Positions 24,051 through 35,970 of a stretch of DNA of 64,000 nt are shown here, in pieces. A program made the position numbers and the translations under genes. Position 1 is the first letter of the stretch; every line of letters starts with the position of its first letter. This stretch comes from Vicugna vicugna. Taxonomy: Eukaryota. The notes under the pieces were generated by a model. It saw only the letters and a list, made by a program, of their open reading frames with translations, had not been told where the DNA came from and did no database searches. The DNA is taken from the NCBI GenBank assembly GCA_013265495.1, contig MU059537.1:1488001-1552000 (forward strand), given 5' to 3'.

Positions 24051-24708
24051 GTGTGTGTTGGAGTGAGACCAACTTCCAGAGCAATGTCAGACACACATTT
24101 GGAGGGAAGACGTGACAGGCAGAGAGGTGAGTCTTGGAACTGACAGCTCACTGGAAAGGTTGGGTCAGGGAAGGGGACAGGAGCCAGGAGGGAGGTAGCA
24201 CATGTCTGTGTGATTTAAATAGCGAGGAGCCCCTTACTTTTGCAGACCCTGTGACGTACAAGACACTTAAACGTTTGTTTTCTCTTTTCATCTGCACTTA
24301 AATGACCAGGGCAGATGCTGTTCTTATTCTATAAATGAGAAAACCGAAATTTAGGAAGATATTAATTCAGGAATTTTCATCAACCGTACCTGAAAACATC
24401 CAGAAAACTGAATTCGTAAGAAACTCAGGAAATTCTGGGCTTTTCTTGGGCACCAGCTTCGAAACATATGCTGTAAGTTCTGATTCTTATTTATTTTTAA
24501 GTCCATTACACGGGTCAGACTTTGCAGTACTTTTTTGTTAATCACAAGAAGAGGTGAGCACACTTTCCATTACATCCATCCTTATCACTGAGCATGCCAG
24601 TGAGGGCTGTAGATTAGACACCAGCCTTGGATTATACATCTCTGGAGAATCTTCTAGAAAATGGGAAATGCAGCACTGTCTTCTCAGAGATCTTTTATTT
24701 AGAGAAAG

Positions 24709-25213
24709 TATCCGCTGGATAAAAACGCGCAACCTGAAAGTTGTGAGTTGTGTGTTATTAGGTGGACCTCCTGAGGAGTGAAGCCCGGGAGTTAAGCTCT
24801 GAGGAGCTGCTCTGAAGACGTGGGGGAGGAGCCAGGATATACAGGGGTTTTTGCAACAAAGACCAGGTAGAGGAAACATTAAAAGTTCACTGTTAATGAA
24901 GGAAAGCCAGGCATCTCAAGTGAAGGAATTCAGCGCTTTTCTCTGCACGGGGAGGTGCAAAACTCTGGGCTCGCTGAAGTCACTCCTTGGATCTGCACCG
25001 TGGCTCTCTGGGGCAGGTCTCCTGTGCTTTCCCATCCTGGGTTCCCTCAAGGGGCACCGCTGGGGGCCGCAGAGGCCGGGCGGCCTGCTTGTCTCCATCC
25101 ATCCTGAGTCCCCTCCACCCACTGTCAGGGGTGACGGTAGCGGTAGCGGCTGAAAACTTGATGGCTTCAGCAGCCTTTGTTTATGATAAGGCCGGCAGTA
25201 TTTTTCATTCACA
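24709..25213 (-). mobile_element. Solo LTR of an ERV1-class endogenous retrovirus (~505 bp) with 4-bp TSD
   Basis: Minus strand begins TGTGAATGAAAAA and ends ..CA-like (TA at 24709-10); AAAG flanks both sides (24705-24708 and 25214-25217); TATA-like at ~24836-24842 and degenerate polyA signal at ~24755-24760 on the minus strand; internal sequence resembles a laurasiatherian ERV1 LTR from memory. Confidence 0.85.
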
Positions 25214-25954
25214 AAAGAAAAAGAAAAGGTGTTACATGAGATGGGTTTCTGTCCTCTCTGTTAAAGGATTGCCTTAATTGTTTGGTGTCATATGCCAAAT
25301 AAGTAAGTGGCCAGATCGGCAGACAAATGAAACCAGGAAGAAATGTCAGGAACAGTCTGCACTTTTGAATGTATACGCATTGGAAGTGATTTCTGAATAA
25401 GGATGCCGCTTCTGACATGCCACAGAATTGGTAAGGAGGCTACGCTATCAACCTGTAGTTGAAACTCTGGACCTTTTTGTGTGTGTGTCAGCCTGGTTAC
25501 CCATTTCAAGGTGGATTTAGGACAAGCTCGCACGTTCCTTCCTTGTAGGATGGTTTGGGGTTTATCTCACTAATTTATCTGGTTTGAAGTGGTAGATCAG
25601 CGGGAGGCGGCTGGCGCAGTGGGTTAGGGCGGAAAGAAGTCTTTGCTAACAGCAGGTCTCACAGCGAACTCCCTCCTGGCTGGCGGGGCTTCTCTAGCAT
25701 CTAAAACTTTAAAAGGGGAAAAGGTGGAACCAATTTTTACATTAGTTGGAAGTGCGCTCTAACAGGAGACTGACTGTTCCCTGGAGCAAGCAGGAGCTCA
25801 TGGATGGAGGCTCCTGCAAACTCTGGAAGATGTCCCTGGCCACTGTGTTCTCAGAGCTGTGGCTTATTGCCCGGGGCCCTTGAGAATGGAGGGGGCCTTA
25901 CATTTCATTCATCCTTTCATTCATGCGTAGAAGGCTGTGTGTCTTCACTCGCTG

Positions 25955-26100
25955 CATTTCATCATCAGTAAACAGAGCTAATGATAGTGTCGATGTCACA
26001 GAGTCGTGATGTGGGTTAAATGAGCTGCTCCAGGAAAAGCTCTGGGCACCGGGCCTGCCCCGACTGCAGTGCTCCGTCAGTCCTGGCTGTCGTGTGGCCA
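25955..26100 (+). mobile_element. MIR SINE
   Basis: atttcatcatcagtaaacagagctaatgatagtg..tcacagagtcgtgatgtgggttaaatgagct. Confidence 0.75.
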
Positions 26101-26464
26101 TCGCTGACTCATGCCTCCCTCGAGCCCGTGCTGGGTCCTGGGCGGTGGGGGCAAAACCCCACAAAAGGCAGGTTACGGTCTGCTTTCAAGGAACTCGCGG
26201 TCTAATGAGTGAAGTCATTGGGTCACCAGGTGATTACTGGTGTCCAGAGTCCAGTGAAAATACCAGACAGGCTTTACTGTGGAAAAACCCTTGGGCTGAA
26301 GGGTTACTGGGTGTTGGAGGCCACCTGAGCCTCAGGCGCCCATCTGGAAACGAAGATGGCCCCCACCCAGCGGGTCAGGGAGGCTTCAGCGAGATCCTGC
26401 ATGTGTGCACTCTGCCCGACCTGACGCTGTCCTGTAATATTTGCTCAGTGAATGATGGCTTGGT

Positions 26465-27520
26465 GGGTTTTTTCAGTGAAGTTTTTAACTGAGTTAAAAC
26501 TTCAAGTCAGAGGATTGCACAAGTCGTAATACAGCTTAATGCACTGGGCTCCCCTTGTGTGGCTGGGTTGTAGCCGCTTCTCAGATCAGAAGCGGGACTC
26601 TTGCAGCGCCCTAGGAGCCGTCCCCGTGGGGCCCTGCTCAGTCACTGCGCCTCCTCCTCCCCATTCCTCACTGTCCCAGCGTCTAACCCCGCACATGCTT
26701 TTGCCTGTTTGTGAGCCTGACGTGAATGAGTTGGTGTGGGCGCACTTTCTTTTGTACCTGGCTTTTCCTCGGCATCATGCTGTGAGATTCTTCCACGTTG
26801 AGGTGACAGCAGTTTATCTGTTTTCCACTGGGGTGTAGCATTCTACTGTGCAAATCCACTGCGGCTTACTCCTCCTGCTGTTGACGGGCCTCTGGGTTAC
26901 TTCCTGTTTGGGGCTGGGATGCAAGAATGCTGGCTGGGTGTTCTTGTACGCGTCTTTCTGGTTTCTGCTGGGTAGAAACCTCAGGGTGGAAATGCTGGAT
27001 CATCAGCTGTGTGACTGTTTTTATGAGAAAACTGTTAGGAGCACAGTGTCATTCATACAGGTAAAACTGTACAGAGAGGGGAGCGAACCCACCGTCCCCA
27101 GGAGGGCGTTGAGGAGAGCGGCACAGAATCCGAATGGGCCGCGCAGTCTCGCTGGGGAGATGTGCCGGAGGTGCTGGCCGGACCTCCCGTGCCTCCTCCC
27201 TCGGGCCCCTGTGCCTGTTGCATTCGGGAGTTCCGGGATGCTGTGGCTGAGCTGTCCTTGGCTTCCTGTATTTGGCTGCCCTCTCTAGAATGCGTGTGCG
27301 GGGACTTCTGTGTCTCGCTCCAGTTCCCAGGTGTCCCGGGCGGCTGCTCCCAGTCTGTGACACCATCGAGCCTCTGGCTGGGGGTCCGCACACCGGTCTC
27401 CTGTGTGGTCCGGCAGGGCCTGTGCTCTGCATCTTCAGACAGCTCACGTGGCTCCGTGCCCCAGGCTCCGGCCATCACTGCCACCTGGGTTAGGGCTGAC
27501 TCTGCCGCTGGTGTCCGAAG
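26465..27520 (-). mobile_element. L1ME/MC-like 3' region, distal part GC-shifted
   Basis: ctggcttttcctcggcatcatgctgtgagattcttccacgttg, gtagcattctactgtgcaaatccac, gggtagaaacctcagggtggaaatgctggatcat. Confidence 0.75.
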
Positions 27521-29369
27521 CCAGTACTCCCTCCCCTCTTTTTCTTTGGATTGTTTCCTTTTTTGTTGTATAACCACTTGTCCCTTTCTCATTAAGGCAG
27601 CGCACGCTAGGCCCGTTCCTGTCACTCCGCCTTTCTGCTTGTTTCGCCTCTGAGTGGACGAGGCGGGGTGTTCTCACTGTTCAGAGCTGCTGTTCCCGTC
27701 GGGGCAGCGTCAGCGGGCGGAGAAGCCGATCTCTCGCCCTGTGGAATCCGTCGGGCCTGAACTGAAACTTACCGTGACCTCCACCAAGCACGTGGAGGAG
27801 CCAGGAGACACACCTCTGTGTGTGAAACGCAGATAACGGACCGGCAGAGGCGTGGTTTTAGAAAGGGCCTCTCCCAAGCTTTCTCAAAATAGCCGAGAGA
27901 GACTGTGTCCAACCAGAGAAACAGTGCCTCCTGAGTAGGTTTCTGCTGCCCAAACACTTGCTGCTGGTTTAATTATTGCCTTGATAGCATGACAGTAACG
28001 TTCCCATGTATGTGCCACTGCTTCAAGGAGACTTGGTCACACTGCATGGTATGCTTAAAGCACAAATTTCAAAACAGACATAACATGGATTTGAAAGTCA
28101 GCTTAGTTACAATCTTGGACAGAATACATACTATCACTAAGTTCCATTTCTCTCATGTGTAGAGATGCCAATGCCTGCTTCATAGGAGCTGAACGGGCAA
28201 CTGCAGTGAAGGAGGTTCTTCCCAGGTACTCACCAGCACCAGCCATCTGAGGGTCCTGCTCAGAGTGAGGGATTCAGCCAGTCGGGGCGGGCCGAGGCTG
28301 GGGACCCCGTGTTTCTAACAGGCTCCCAGCAGATCCCGGTTGCTCCCAGTGCTCAGACAGCATGTGGAGCAGCCTGGGCTGGAGCTGGGGGACAGGTCAG
28401 TTTGCAGTAGGCATCCAGGGTGTGGTCCCCGAGTCCACACAGCCACAACCCAGATCTGAACTTGGACCCTCTGCTTGCACTGGCCCTGCGTCCACATTGC
28501 TGCACCGCGTACCCAAGTGTAGACCTGCACTGACACCGCTGCGCCCCGGGTGCGAGTATAGACCGGTGCTCTGCCACTTCCCCAGCTGCGTGTGCTTCCC
28601 GCAGCTTACACTGCCTCCTTTCTTCTGCACCTCGGGGCCCTACCCACCCTCCCAGAGCAGCTCAGATACCCTTCTTCCTGAAGACTTGGCCTCCCCCCCA
28701 CCCCCGCACTAGGGTTACTTCTGGCACCTGCTGGGAGTGGTCGGGCCCCAGGCTTTGAGCTCCTGGAGGCCAGGATTAGAGCTGTAGTCCTTCTGGCCCT
28801 TGCAGGTGCCTCACAGTTCCTTACCCACAGACCTGGAGCAGTAAGCGCACAGTGGGGACCCAGACAGAGCTGTGATCCCGGGGTCCGCCCTGCCTTCCCT
28901 TGTGGGTTCCTGCTGGTCCCCTGGTTTTGTGCAGCTTTGCTTTGTCTGGTGGGAGCTTGATTTATCCAGACGAGGTCCCTCCACCATTCTCCCAGCCCCG
29001 CCTCACTGGCCCCTCACCCACCGACTCCCCTGGTCTTTTTAGGGCACGATGAACCCACCTGCCTTTCTCTCCACACAACCAGAACCATCACAGGCCGGAA
29101 GCTGAAGAAAGTCACCTGTCTATTGCTTTTCACTGCGGTAACGCGTAGTCTTCCGGATGGAAGTGTAGTAATTCGTCACTTTTGTTTAATCATCAGGATG
29201 TCTCTTTCTAACACAGCTGATTCCGCCACTATTCCTCTTAAAACCCTTGCTTGGAGAACGGAAGCCAGGCTCCTCCCGCTTCACCAGACCCCCCTCCCAC
29301 TCGAAGGCGGCAGCTATTTAGAAATCTCTCTCCTTTACAAAATTTTATTGTGCTATGTCTGTGTGTGTT

Positions 29370-29930
29370 TATATAGACACATTTTTTGGAAGAAGTACCA
29401 GATTGTTGTCCACATCGGTTGCACCATTTTAATTCCCACCAGCAACGTACAAGTTTCTCCACATTCTCACCAACACTTGTAATTTGCTTACTTTTTTCTT
29501 GTCCTAGTAGGTGTGAAGTAGTATGTCCCTGTGGTTTCGATGCGTATTTCCTTATTGATGGACAGTGTTGATTATCGATCCGTGTGCTTCAATCTGTTTT
29601 GGAGAGATCTGTCTCATTGCTTGGTCCATGTTTTAGTTGAGTTGTCGTTTTGTTCTTGAGGTGTAGTTCTTTACATACGTTCCGAACAGTAGTCCTCATC
29701 ACAGTGGTTTTCACATACTTCCTCCCGCCGTGCAGGCTGTCTCTTCACTTGCTTGAAAACGCCCTTTGATGATGCCCAAGGGCGTTAGAATGTTGAGGGA
29801 GTCCAGTTTACTCTTTGTCTACTTATGCTGCATTTTCTCTTGCTTATGCTTTTGGTGTCAGATCTGAGGCGCCACTGCCAAACTCCGGCTCGTGGGGTGT
29901 CGCTGAACGTGTGCTGGCGAGTACTTATCC
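29370..29930 (-). mobile_element. L1MB-like ORF2/3' fragment
   Basis: ggttgcaccattttaattcccaccagcaacgtacaagtttctccacattctcaccaacacttg, gtaggtgtgaagtagtat, ttatgcttttggtgtcagatctgagg. Confidence 0.9.
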
Positions 29931-30139
29931 GTGAGCCCTGGAGCGTCTGGGTGGACAGGACCACGTGTGCACCTGAGTCTGGGCGATTCAACCTCAAGAC
30001 TTTGTCCCTCAGGGTTTCTGTGGAGGAACGGATCTTGGGCGTGACCTCTGGGAGATGGAGACATCAGCTGGCGTGGAGACAAAGTGGGCGAGGAGAAAGG
30101 GCGTGTGAGCCCCGTCACAGAAATGGGAAGTCCTGCACA

Positions 30140-30330
30140 GTCACACCCTTGAGAGCTTCGAGGTCCGCAGCAAATTGCTCAACCTACCGAGCTTGACCTT
30201 CTCAATATGTACTTGGAGGCTCATACTAATTTCCTTCCCTCCTCAGGGCGTTGTTGCAGAGGCCAGATGAGCTATGTCTGCCTACAAGAAAGCCTTCTGA
30301 GTAGCTAAGCACTGGACAGATGGTGATTGT
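30140..30330 (+). mobile_element. MIR SINE
   Basis: gcaaattgctcaacctaccgagcttgaccttctcaatatgtac..tcctcagggcgttgttgcagagg. Confidence 0.7.
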
Positions 30331-30389
30331 GTGAGAATCCAAAGCAGTTTTTAGCAGATCCTCTCCATACAGCTCATCTTGTATAGCTC

Positions 30390-30850
30390 AGTGTAATGTT
30401 TCTGCTGGGCAATTTGGCAGCCCTCTATGTATCAGGAGTCTTTAAAAAGTCTATATCCTATTACCCAGTGATTCCACTTCTAATATACCCTAAGGAAAAA
30501 AATCCAATACGTGAAAGGATTTGCATGCAAAGAGGGTTATTGCAGTGTTATTTATAACAAAGGAAAAATTGGAAACAATCTAAGTGTGACATAATAGAGC
30601 ATTGATTAATGGAATTATTGAACAGCTTTATAATGGAACAATATGCAGCCACTGAGAAAGTTTAAAAAGTACATTATAAAATATTTTTTCAGTGTAATTT
30701 CAGTTTATTAAAAATCCATGCATGGGGAAAAGACTGAAAGACTGCATATGGAATTAATGGCTGTTACCGTAGTGATGGGAATAATAGGTTATTTTAACTT
30801 TCTGTCCCATGTTGTACATTTTTGATGATGAGCATTCACTGTACTTGACC
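30390..30850 (+). mobile_element. L1ME4-like 3' end
   Basis: tacccagtgattccacttcta, attgcagtgttatttataacaaaggaaaaattggaaacaatctaagtgt, aatatgcagccactgagaa. Confidence 0.85.
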
Positions 30851-30854
30851 AATT

Positions 30855-31740
30855 TTTTGTGTAGTTTTTATTTTGAAAGAATCATAAACTAATAGAAGTT
30901 TCTAGTACAAAGAGCTTTTTTCCCTCCATCAGTTGAGAGTAAGTTGTCAACCTGATGCTATCACCCCCAGGTTCTTGACTGTATGCTTCCCGCAAACAGA
31001 CATTCGTTGTATAACCACAGTACCATCATCAGAACAAGGAACCCGCCTGCCGGCCCGCAGGCCCCGTTCCCTTTGCTGGCCGTCCCGGCTGTGGCCTTTA
31101 GGCAACAGGGCCCTGCTCTTGGTCACGTGCGTCTTCAGGGTCTCCATCCCTCGTGCAGTCTGGGTCAGCTCCTTGGACTGTGTTTGAGTTTCATGACCTT
31201 GATGTTTTATGATTATAATTCAGTGATTTTTGTGGAATGTTCCTTAGTTCAGGTTCACTGTTCCCTTGTGATTAGATTCGGGGTGTGTCTCTTTGGCAGG
31301 AATGTCCCAGAAAAGATGCCGTGTTCTCACTGCATCTGTCAGTGACTCACGATGTCCCAAGTCTGATGAATTCCACCCTGAACACTTGGTTCAGGTGGGG
31401 TCTGCTCGGCCTCTCTGCTGGGGAGCTGCTTTGAAGCGCTCAGGTATTTCGTAGGAAGGCCCTGTGAATCTGTGTAACTCCTGTCCTCACCTGCCTCTCC
31501 GTCTGCTCACTCATTTATTTGCACCGACGTGCACTCGTGGTCTCCTTTTGCTTCATGCGTTGTAACCCATTACTGTTACTGTTCAGTAAGATGCTCACGT
31601 TGTCTCAGTCAACCAGTGGCAGCTCCTTCAAGATGCCTTTGTCTTTTTGACACGTGTGACTCGATTTTTGAGTGCTTCCTTGCTTTCTGGCATAAGATGT
31701 TTCAAGCTCATTGTACTTTCTTTGCTCCAGCTCTGTAAAG
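30855..31740 (-). mobile_element. L1MC-like 3' end
   Basis: gacattcgttgtataaccacagtaccatcatcagaacaagg, gattagattcggggtgtgtctctttggcaggaat, ttccttgctttctggcataagatgtttcaagctcattgtac. Confidence 0.85.
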
Positions 31741-32074
31741 GATGGGAGGCCAGTTGTCGCAGCTGCTGCTAAATAAAGAGGTTTAAGTAGAGAATTGGAA
31801 TGAGATTTAGAGGTGACTGGAGACTAGGAGGGGGGACTGAGCCTTGTGCCTGCTGAAAACCCCCACGCAGATCCCTCTTGCGGGCAGCGCCGCAGATCTG
31901 TGGAGAGGCGTCTTCTCGAAAGGAGTGTCTCAGGTTTCCTGCTGTTAGAACAGGAGTCGGTCCCCTGTGTGCAGACTTCACAGGACAGTGTTGACTCATC
32001 CTCAGAAGGACTTGATGGAGGCAGCGTGGGTGGGTGGAGAGGGCGGTGGATTCGCAGCTGGAGAGACCCATTCC

Positions 32075-32225
32075 CAGGTCTAGGCTCTACCATTCATTGG
32101 CTGAATCATGTTGGTCCCTTGGGCGAGTCACGCCATCTCCTCTAGCTTCAGCGTCCTCTTGTGTGAGGTGGACACTGATGCTCCCTGCCTCACTGGACTG
32201 CTTTGAGGAGTTACAGTGTGTGGAC
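32075..32225 (+). mobile_element. MIR SINE
   Basis: tctaggctctaccattc..cccttgggcgagtcacgccatctcctctagcttcagcgtcctc. Confidence 0.75.
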
Positions 32226-35200
32226 CGTAGTCGGTTTCAATTCATGCTGGTTCCCTTCTTTCACCACTTTTGGAGAAGATGAACCTGCCTCTCCCGACTT
32301 TGAAGTGTTTCGTCGTTCTGGATGCCGAGGCTCAGACTGATGAGAGCGTTATTGACGAGGGACTGAGACCCGCGTTCCCTGGGTTGCTTCCTTAGCATCC
32401 CTCGGCCCTGAGGTGACTAGCCTGTGCCCCTGTGCTTGGTCTTGAGCCTGGCAGCCTCAGACCCTTATTGTTTCCTGCACGCCTGCTCGCGTTCTGGGTG
32501 GGCTCAGGGGGACACACCCACCTCCATCAATCTGTGGGCGCCAGCCACCTCCCTGTGGATGGCGTGCCGACGCTGGACCTGTGAGCGACTTCCATGAAAA
32601 CCAAATTTTTTTTCTGTTTCAAAGTAAATGAAGCCACACTTAGGCTGTCTGGACACCAGGCATGATCTGGGTTGACCTGTACTCTGGTGACCTGAATTAA
32701 GCAGTGACTAACGAGCCTGGGAGAGTACCATGGGCATTTCTTGCCTTTGGTGTTGACAGAAACAAACGAAACACTGTGAACTCTAACTTTTTGTGTCATT
32801 GGCTAAAAAGCCAGTTTAGATCTTCACTGTGAATCGTGTTAGTAAGTCGGGGAGATGCCGTCTTTGTTGATTTATTTCCCTGCAAAAGATGAAGTTACCT
32901 GCACTTTCATAGTAAAGGTGGATTTGGGCTTTAGAATTTATGACTTTCGGCTAATCTAGTGAAACGGCCTTATTTTATATCCAGGAACTTCATTTTGGCA
33001 AGAAACTGGTGTAGCAACAAACGTAAGTACTCGTGAACGTAGACTTTCTCTGCTGCTGTGGTTTTAGGCTCTTGCTAGTTGACATATAGGAGCAACACAT
33101 GGGGACATGGTGGGTCTTTCCCGTGATGGGATTGCCTTTGACACCAAGAATACATCTCCTTTAAATGTTCACTGATGAAATGAAATAATTTCTGGAATAT
33201 ATTTTTTAATCATCAGTGAAATCTGAAACGTGAAAAAAGAAAAAAAAACACGTTGTTAAAATGGCTCTGAGGCTGAAAGATTCTTCAGGTTATTTAGCTC
33301 ACTGGATGTTTATTGAGTGCCTGCTGTATCCCTGGCGCTAGTCTGCCTGCTGGGGATGTGGTTATGTGTAAACTGTGGCACTGCCCTGCAGGCACCTACT
33401 GTCTGGTCGGAGAGAGCTGCGTGATAGCGCAGCTCTCAGGGGACGGCGTGTAACCGCGGAATTCAGCTTTTCCTTCCAGTATCTAACTTGCTGAAAGTCA
33501 TCCTCACTCTGCTCCTCCACTTTGGATTCCATCTGGTTGTACGTGGCGTGCTCGCGATCCTTTTCACTCATTCCTTTGCTGTTTGTTACAAGTCCACAGT
33601 GCGCACGTCTTGGGCCGCTGCCCTTCATGCTACTCAGCCGGCCGTGCTGACTCAGTGCACACCCTCAGGGAGCTTCTGTCTAGACCCTTCTTTGTTCTGA
33701 AGAAACAACTCTGACGTCTGCTTTGAGAACTTGGGGCTTTTTTTTGGGGGGTGGTACCGTATTTCACTCTCACTGCCCATTGGAAGGGGGTGTCTCTCCC
33801 CCATGGCTTACAGATAAAGGGCTTCTGGTTCCAGATGTGCGTACCAGGGAGGCACCGAAAGAAGGTAGACTTCAGCTCCAGACCCGTCTTTGCCCCGCCT
33901 GTGCAGGCATGTGAGGATCAGGACTCCTGTCTGTCTGCAACGTGGGTGGGGCGGGGTGGGGCGGGGGCCCCGCCGCCTCCTGTGAGTCCCGGCCCCGGGC
34001 TTGCCAGAGCTGCTGCACATCCGGGCGGCTGTTGGGTTAGAGATGAACTTTGGCAGAGTTAGCCAGGCTGAGCTCCTTCTCCTCCCTGCTTTGTTCTGGC
34101 TAAACACACTGTCCTAATTAAATGTTGCTTTTTCATTTAAAATTCCACACTGCTGTAATTCAAATGAGAAAGCTGCTATTTTGACAGATGATGTCATTTA
34201 ATTTTAGGATCATTGTGCTTCTTGTTTTCAAGTGCAGACCAAGTTGGACCCCACCTTGGAGCTTTTATACATTGTAAAACATCACATTTTTACACGTGTC
34301 TGATCAGCGTGACTGGATGGGATGCCCATCTTCTCTGAGAGACCCCCTTGACACAGGTCGTGCTGATTACTTAACTTACTTACTTGGAACCTGGTGACTT
34401 GTGAGTCTGGTTCTGAAATAGACCCGTAAGTTTTCACTTGTGTGGTGGCCACAGTCTCTGTCTCGTGCCTCAAATGCTCCAGATGGAACCCCCTGTTTTC
34501 CCTCTTCTGTGAGCCCTGTGGCTCACTCCCGACCCAGCACCCTCTGTCCTTGTCTGATGGCCTCCCAGTGCTCCTGACCACCTCTCTCAAATATGCCTCA
34601 CTGAGGTGTCACTTACGTACAGCACAGCGCTGGTTCAGCTGTGTAGAGAACGACTGTGAGAGATATCTGTGCCCATGAAACTGCCACCAGTCAGGACATA
34701 GGGTATTTCTACTGCCCCTCCCCAAGCCCCCCAGACCCCCCTGTGCTCCCGTTCGCAGACGGCTGTCGTTCTCTCTGTAACCACAGGTCAGGTTGGCCTT
34801 CTCCGTGCACGTGAACGGTGACCTCCTGCAAATCTGTTGGGAACGTCAGCTGGGTATCTGCTCCAGTCCTGCAGGGGGCTCCCGCCTTTCACGCGGGGTC
34901 AGCACACTGGCCTCCTGGGTGGCTGCCCAAGTCCAGCCCGCTCTCCCCCCATACACCCCACGGCCTCTAGGATGCTTTTTCTCAGAAGCACCCCAGCCTC
35001 GTGGTCCCCTCTCTAGACCTTCTGGGCAGCTGCCTCTTCAGCCTCGGGGAGCATGGCATCCCACCCTGGGCTCTCGGTGGGCTGACACATGTGTCAGCAC
35101 CTGCCCTGGCCTCCCGCCACCGTCCCCTACTCGCCACAGCCCCTTTGAGGAAGTGGCAAAGGGATTATTGTCATCTGTTCTAAAGATGAGAGTCAGTGTC

Positions 35201-35561
35201 AGGACTTATCCAAGGCCCTGGGGAACAGCGAGGCCTTACACCTTTTATCAGGAGCTGTCTTCAGAGTACTTTTGCTCTAAAATGGAAAGATTCAAAGCCG
35301 AGAATTCCTAACATCTTCCCTTCCAGCTCTGCAAAGTATGAAACTGTGTACTCCCTAGAGCTGACTAACAAAGACTTCTCCAAGAGAAGACTCCACTGTG
35401 GTGGGCGGTGTCACATCACACGTGCTTGCTCCTCCCCCCCCGCCCCCTGTCTTCGGACCTTGCTGACTGCGCCCCCTCCACAAGGCACTTGCGCTCCCCG
35501 GCCCTGGGGACATCAGGCATGGCCTTGGGGTTTGTTGTGGCCCCTGTGACTGCAAGGGACG

Positions 35562-35970
35562 TGTGGGAGAGGGGATAATGTTCCTGCCAAGGTGCCCACA
35601 TCCTAATTCCCAGGCCCCGTGGACGGGCTCCTTCCCCAGCAGAAGGGGCTCTGCAGGTGTGCTTACGTGAAGGAGCCTGAGACGGAGGCTTCTCCCGGAG
35701 TGTCCGGTAGGCCCAGGTCCTATGAGAGGGAGGCTGGAGGTCCAGAAAGAGTGGTAGATGTGGTGATGGAAGCAACAGGTTGGAGTGATGCCGGGAGTGC
35801 AGGTGGTCCTAGACACTGGAGAAGGCAAGGAGACAGGCCCCCTGAAGCTCCAGAAGGAACGCAGCCCTGCTGACACCTGGACCTCGGGACTTCTGACCTC
35901 CACGACTTCCATCAGTCTGTGGTGTTAAATTTGTGGCCATTTGTCACAGTGGTTTTAGGAATCCACGACA
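35562..35970 (+). mobile_element. MaLR LTR, MLT1D-like
   Basis: Starts tgtgggagaggggataatg..cccacatcctaattccc; contains ctccagaaggaacgcagccctgctgacacc; ends aatttgtggccatttgtcacagtggttttaggaatccacgaca. Confidence 0.9.

Noticed and set aside
24371-24472. Pair of tiny plus-strand exons (45 nt at 24371-24415 and 16 nt at 24457-24472) resembling mutually exclusive exons
   Set aside because: The first acceptor has no polypyrimidine tract, the spacer is only 41 nt and neither peptide is recognised; chance donor matches are expected.
24703-24742. Exon-like AG..GTGAGT (ESIRWIKTRNLKV)
   Set aside because: Falls largely in the end of the solo LTR.
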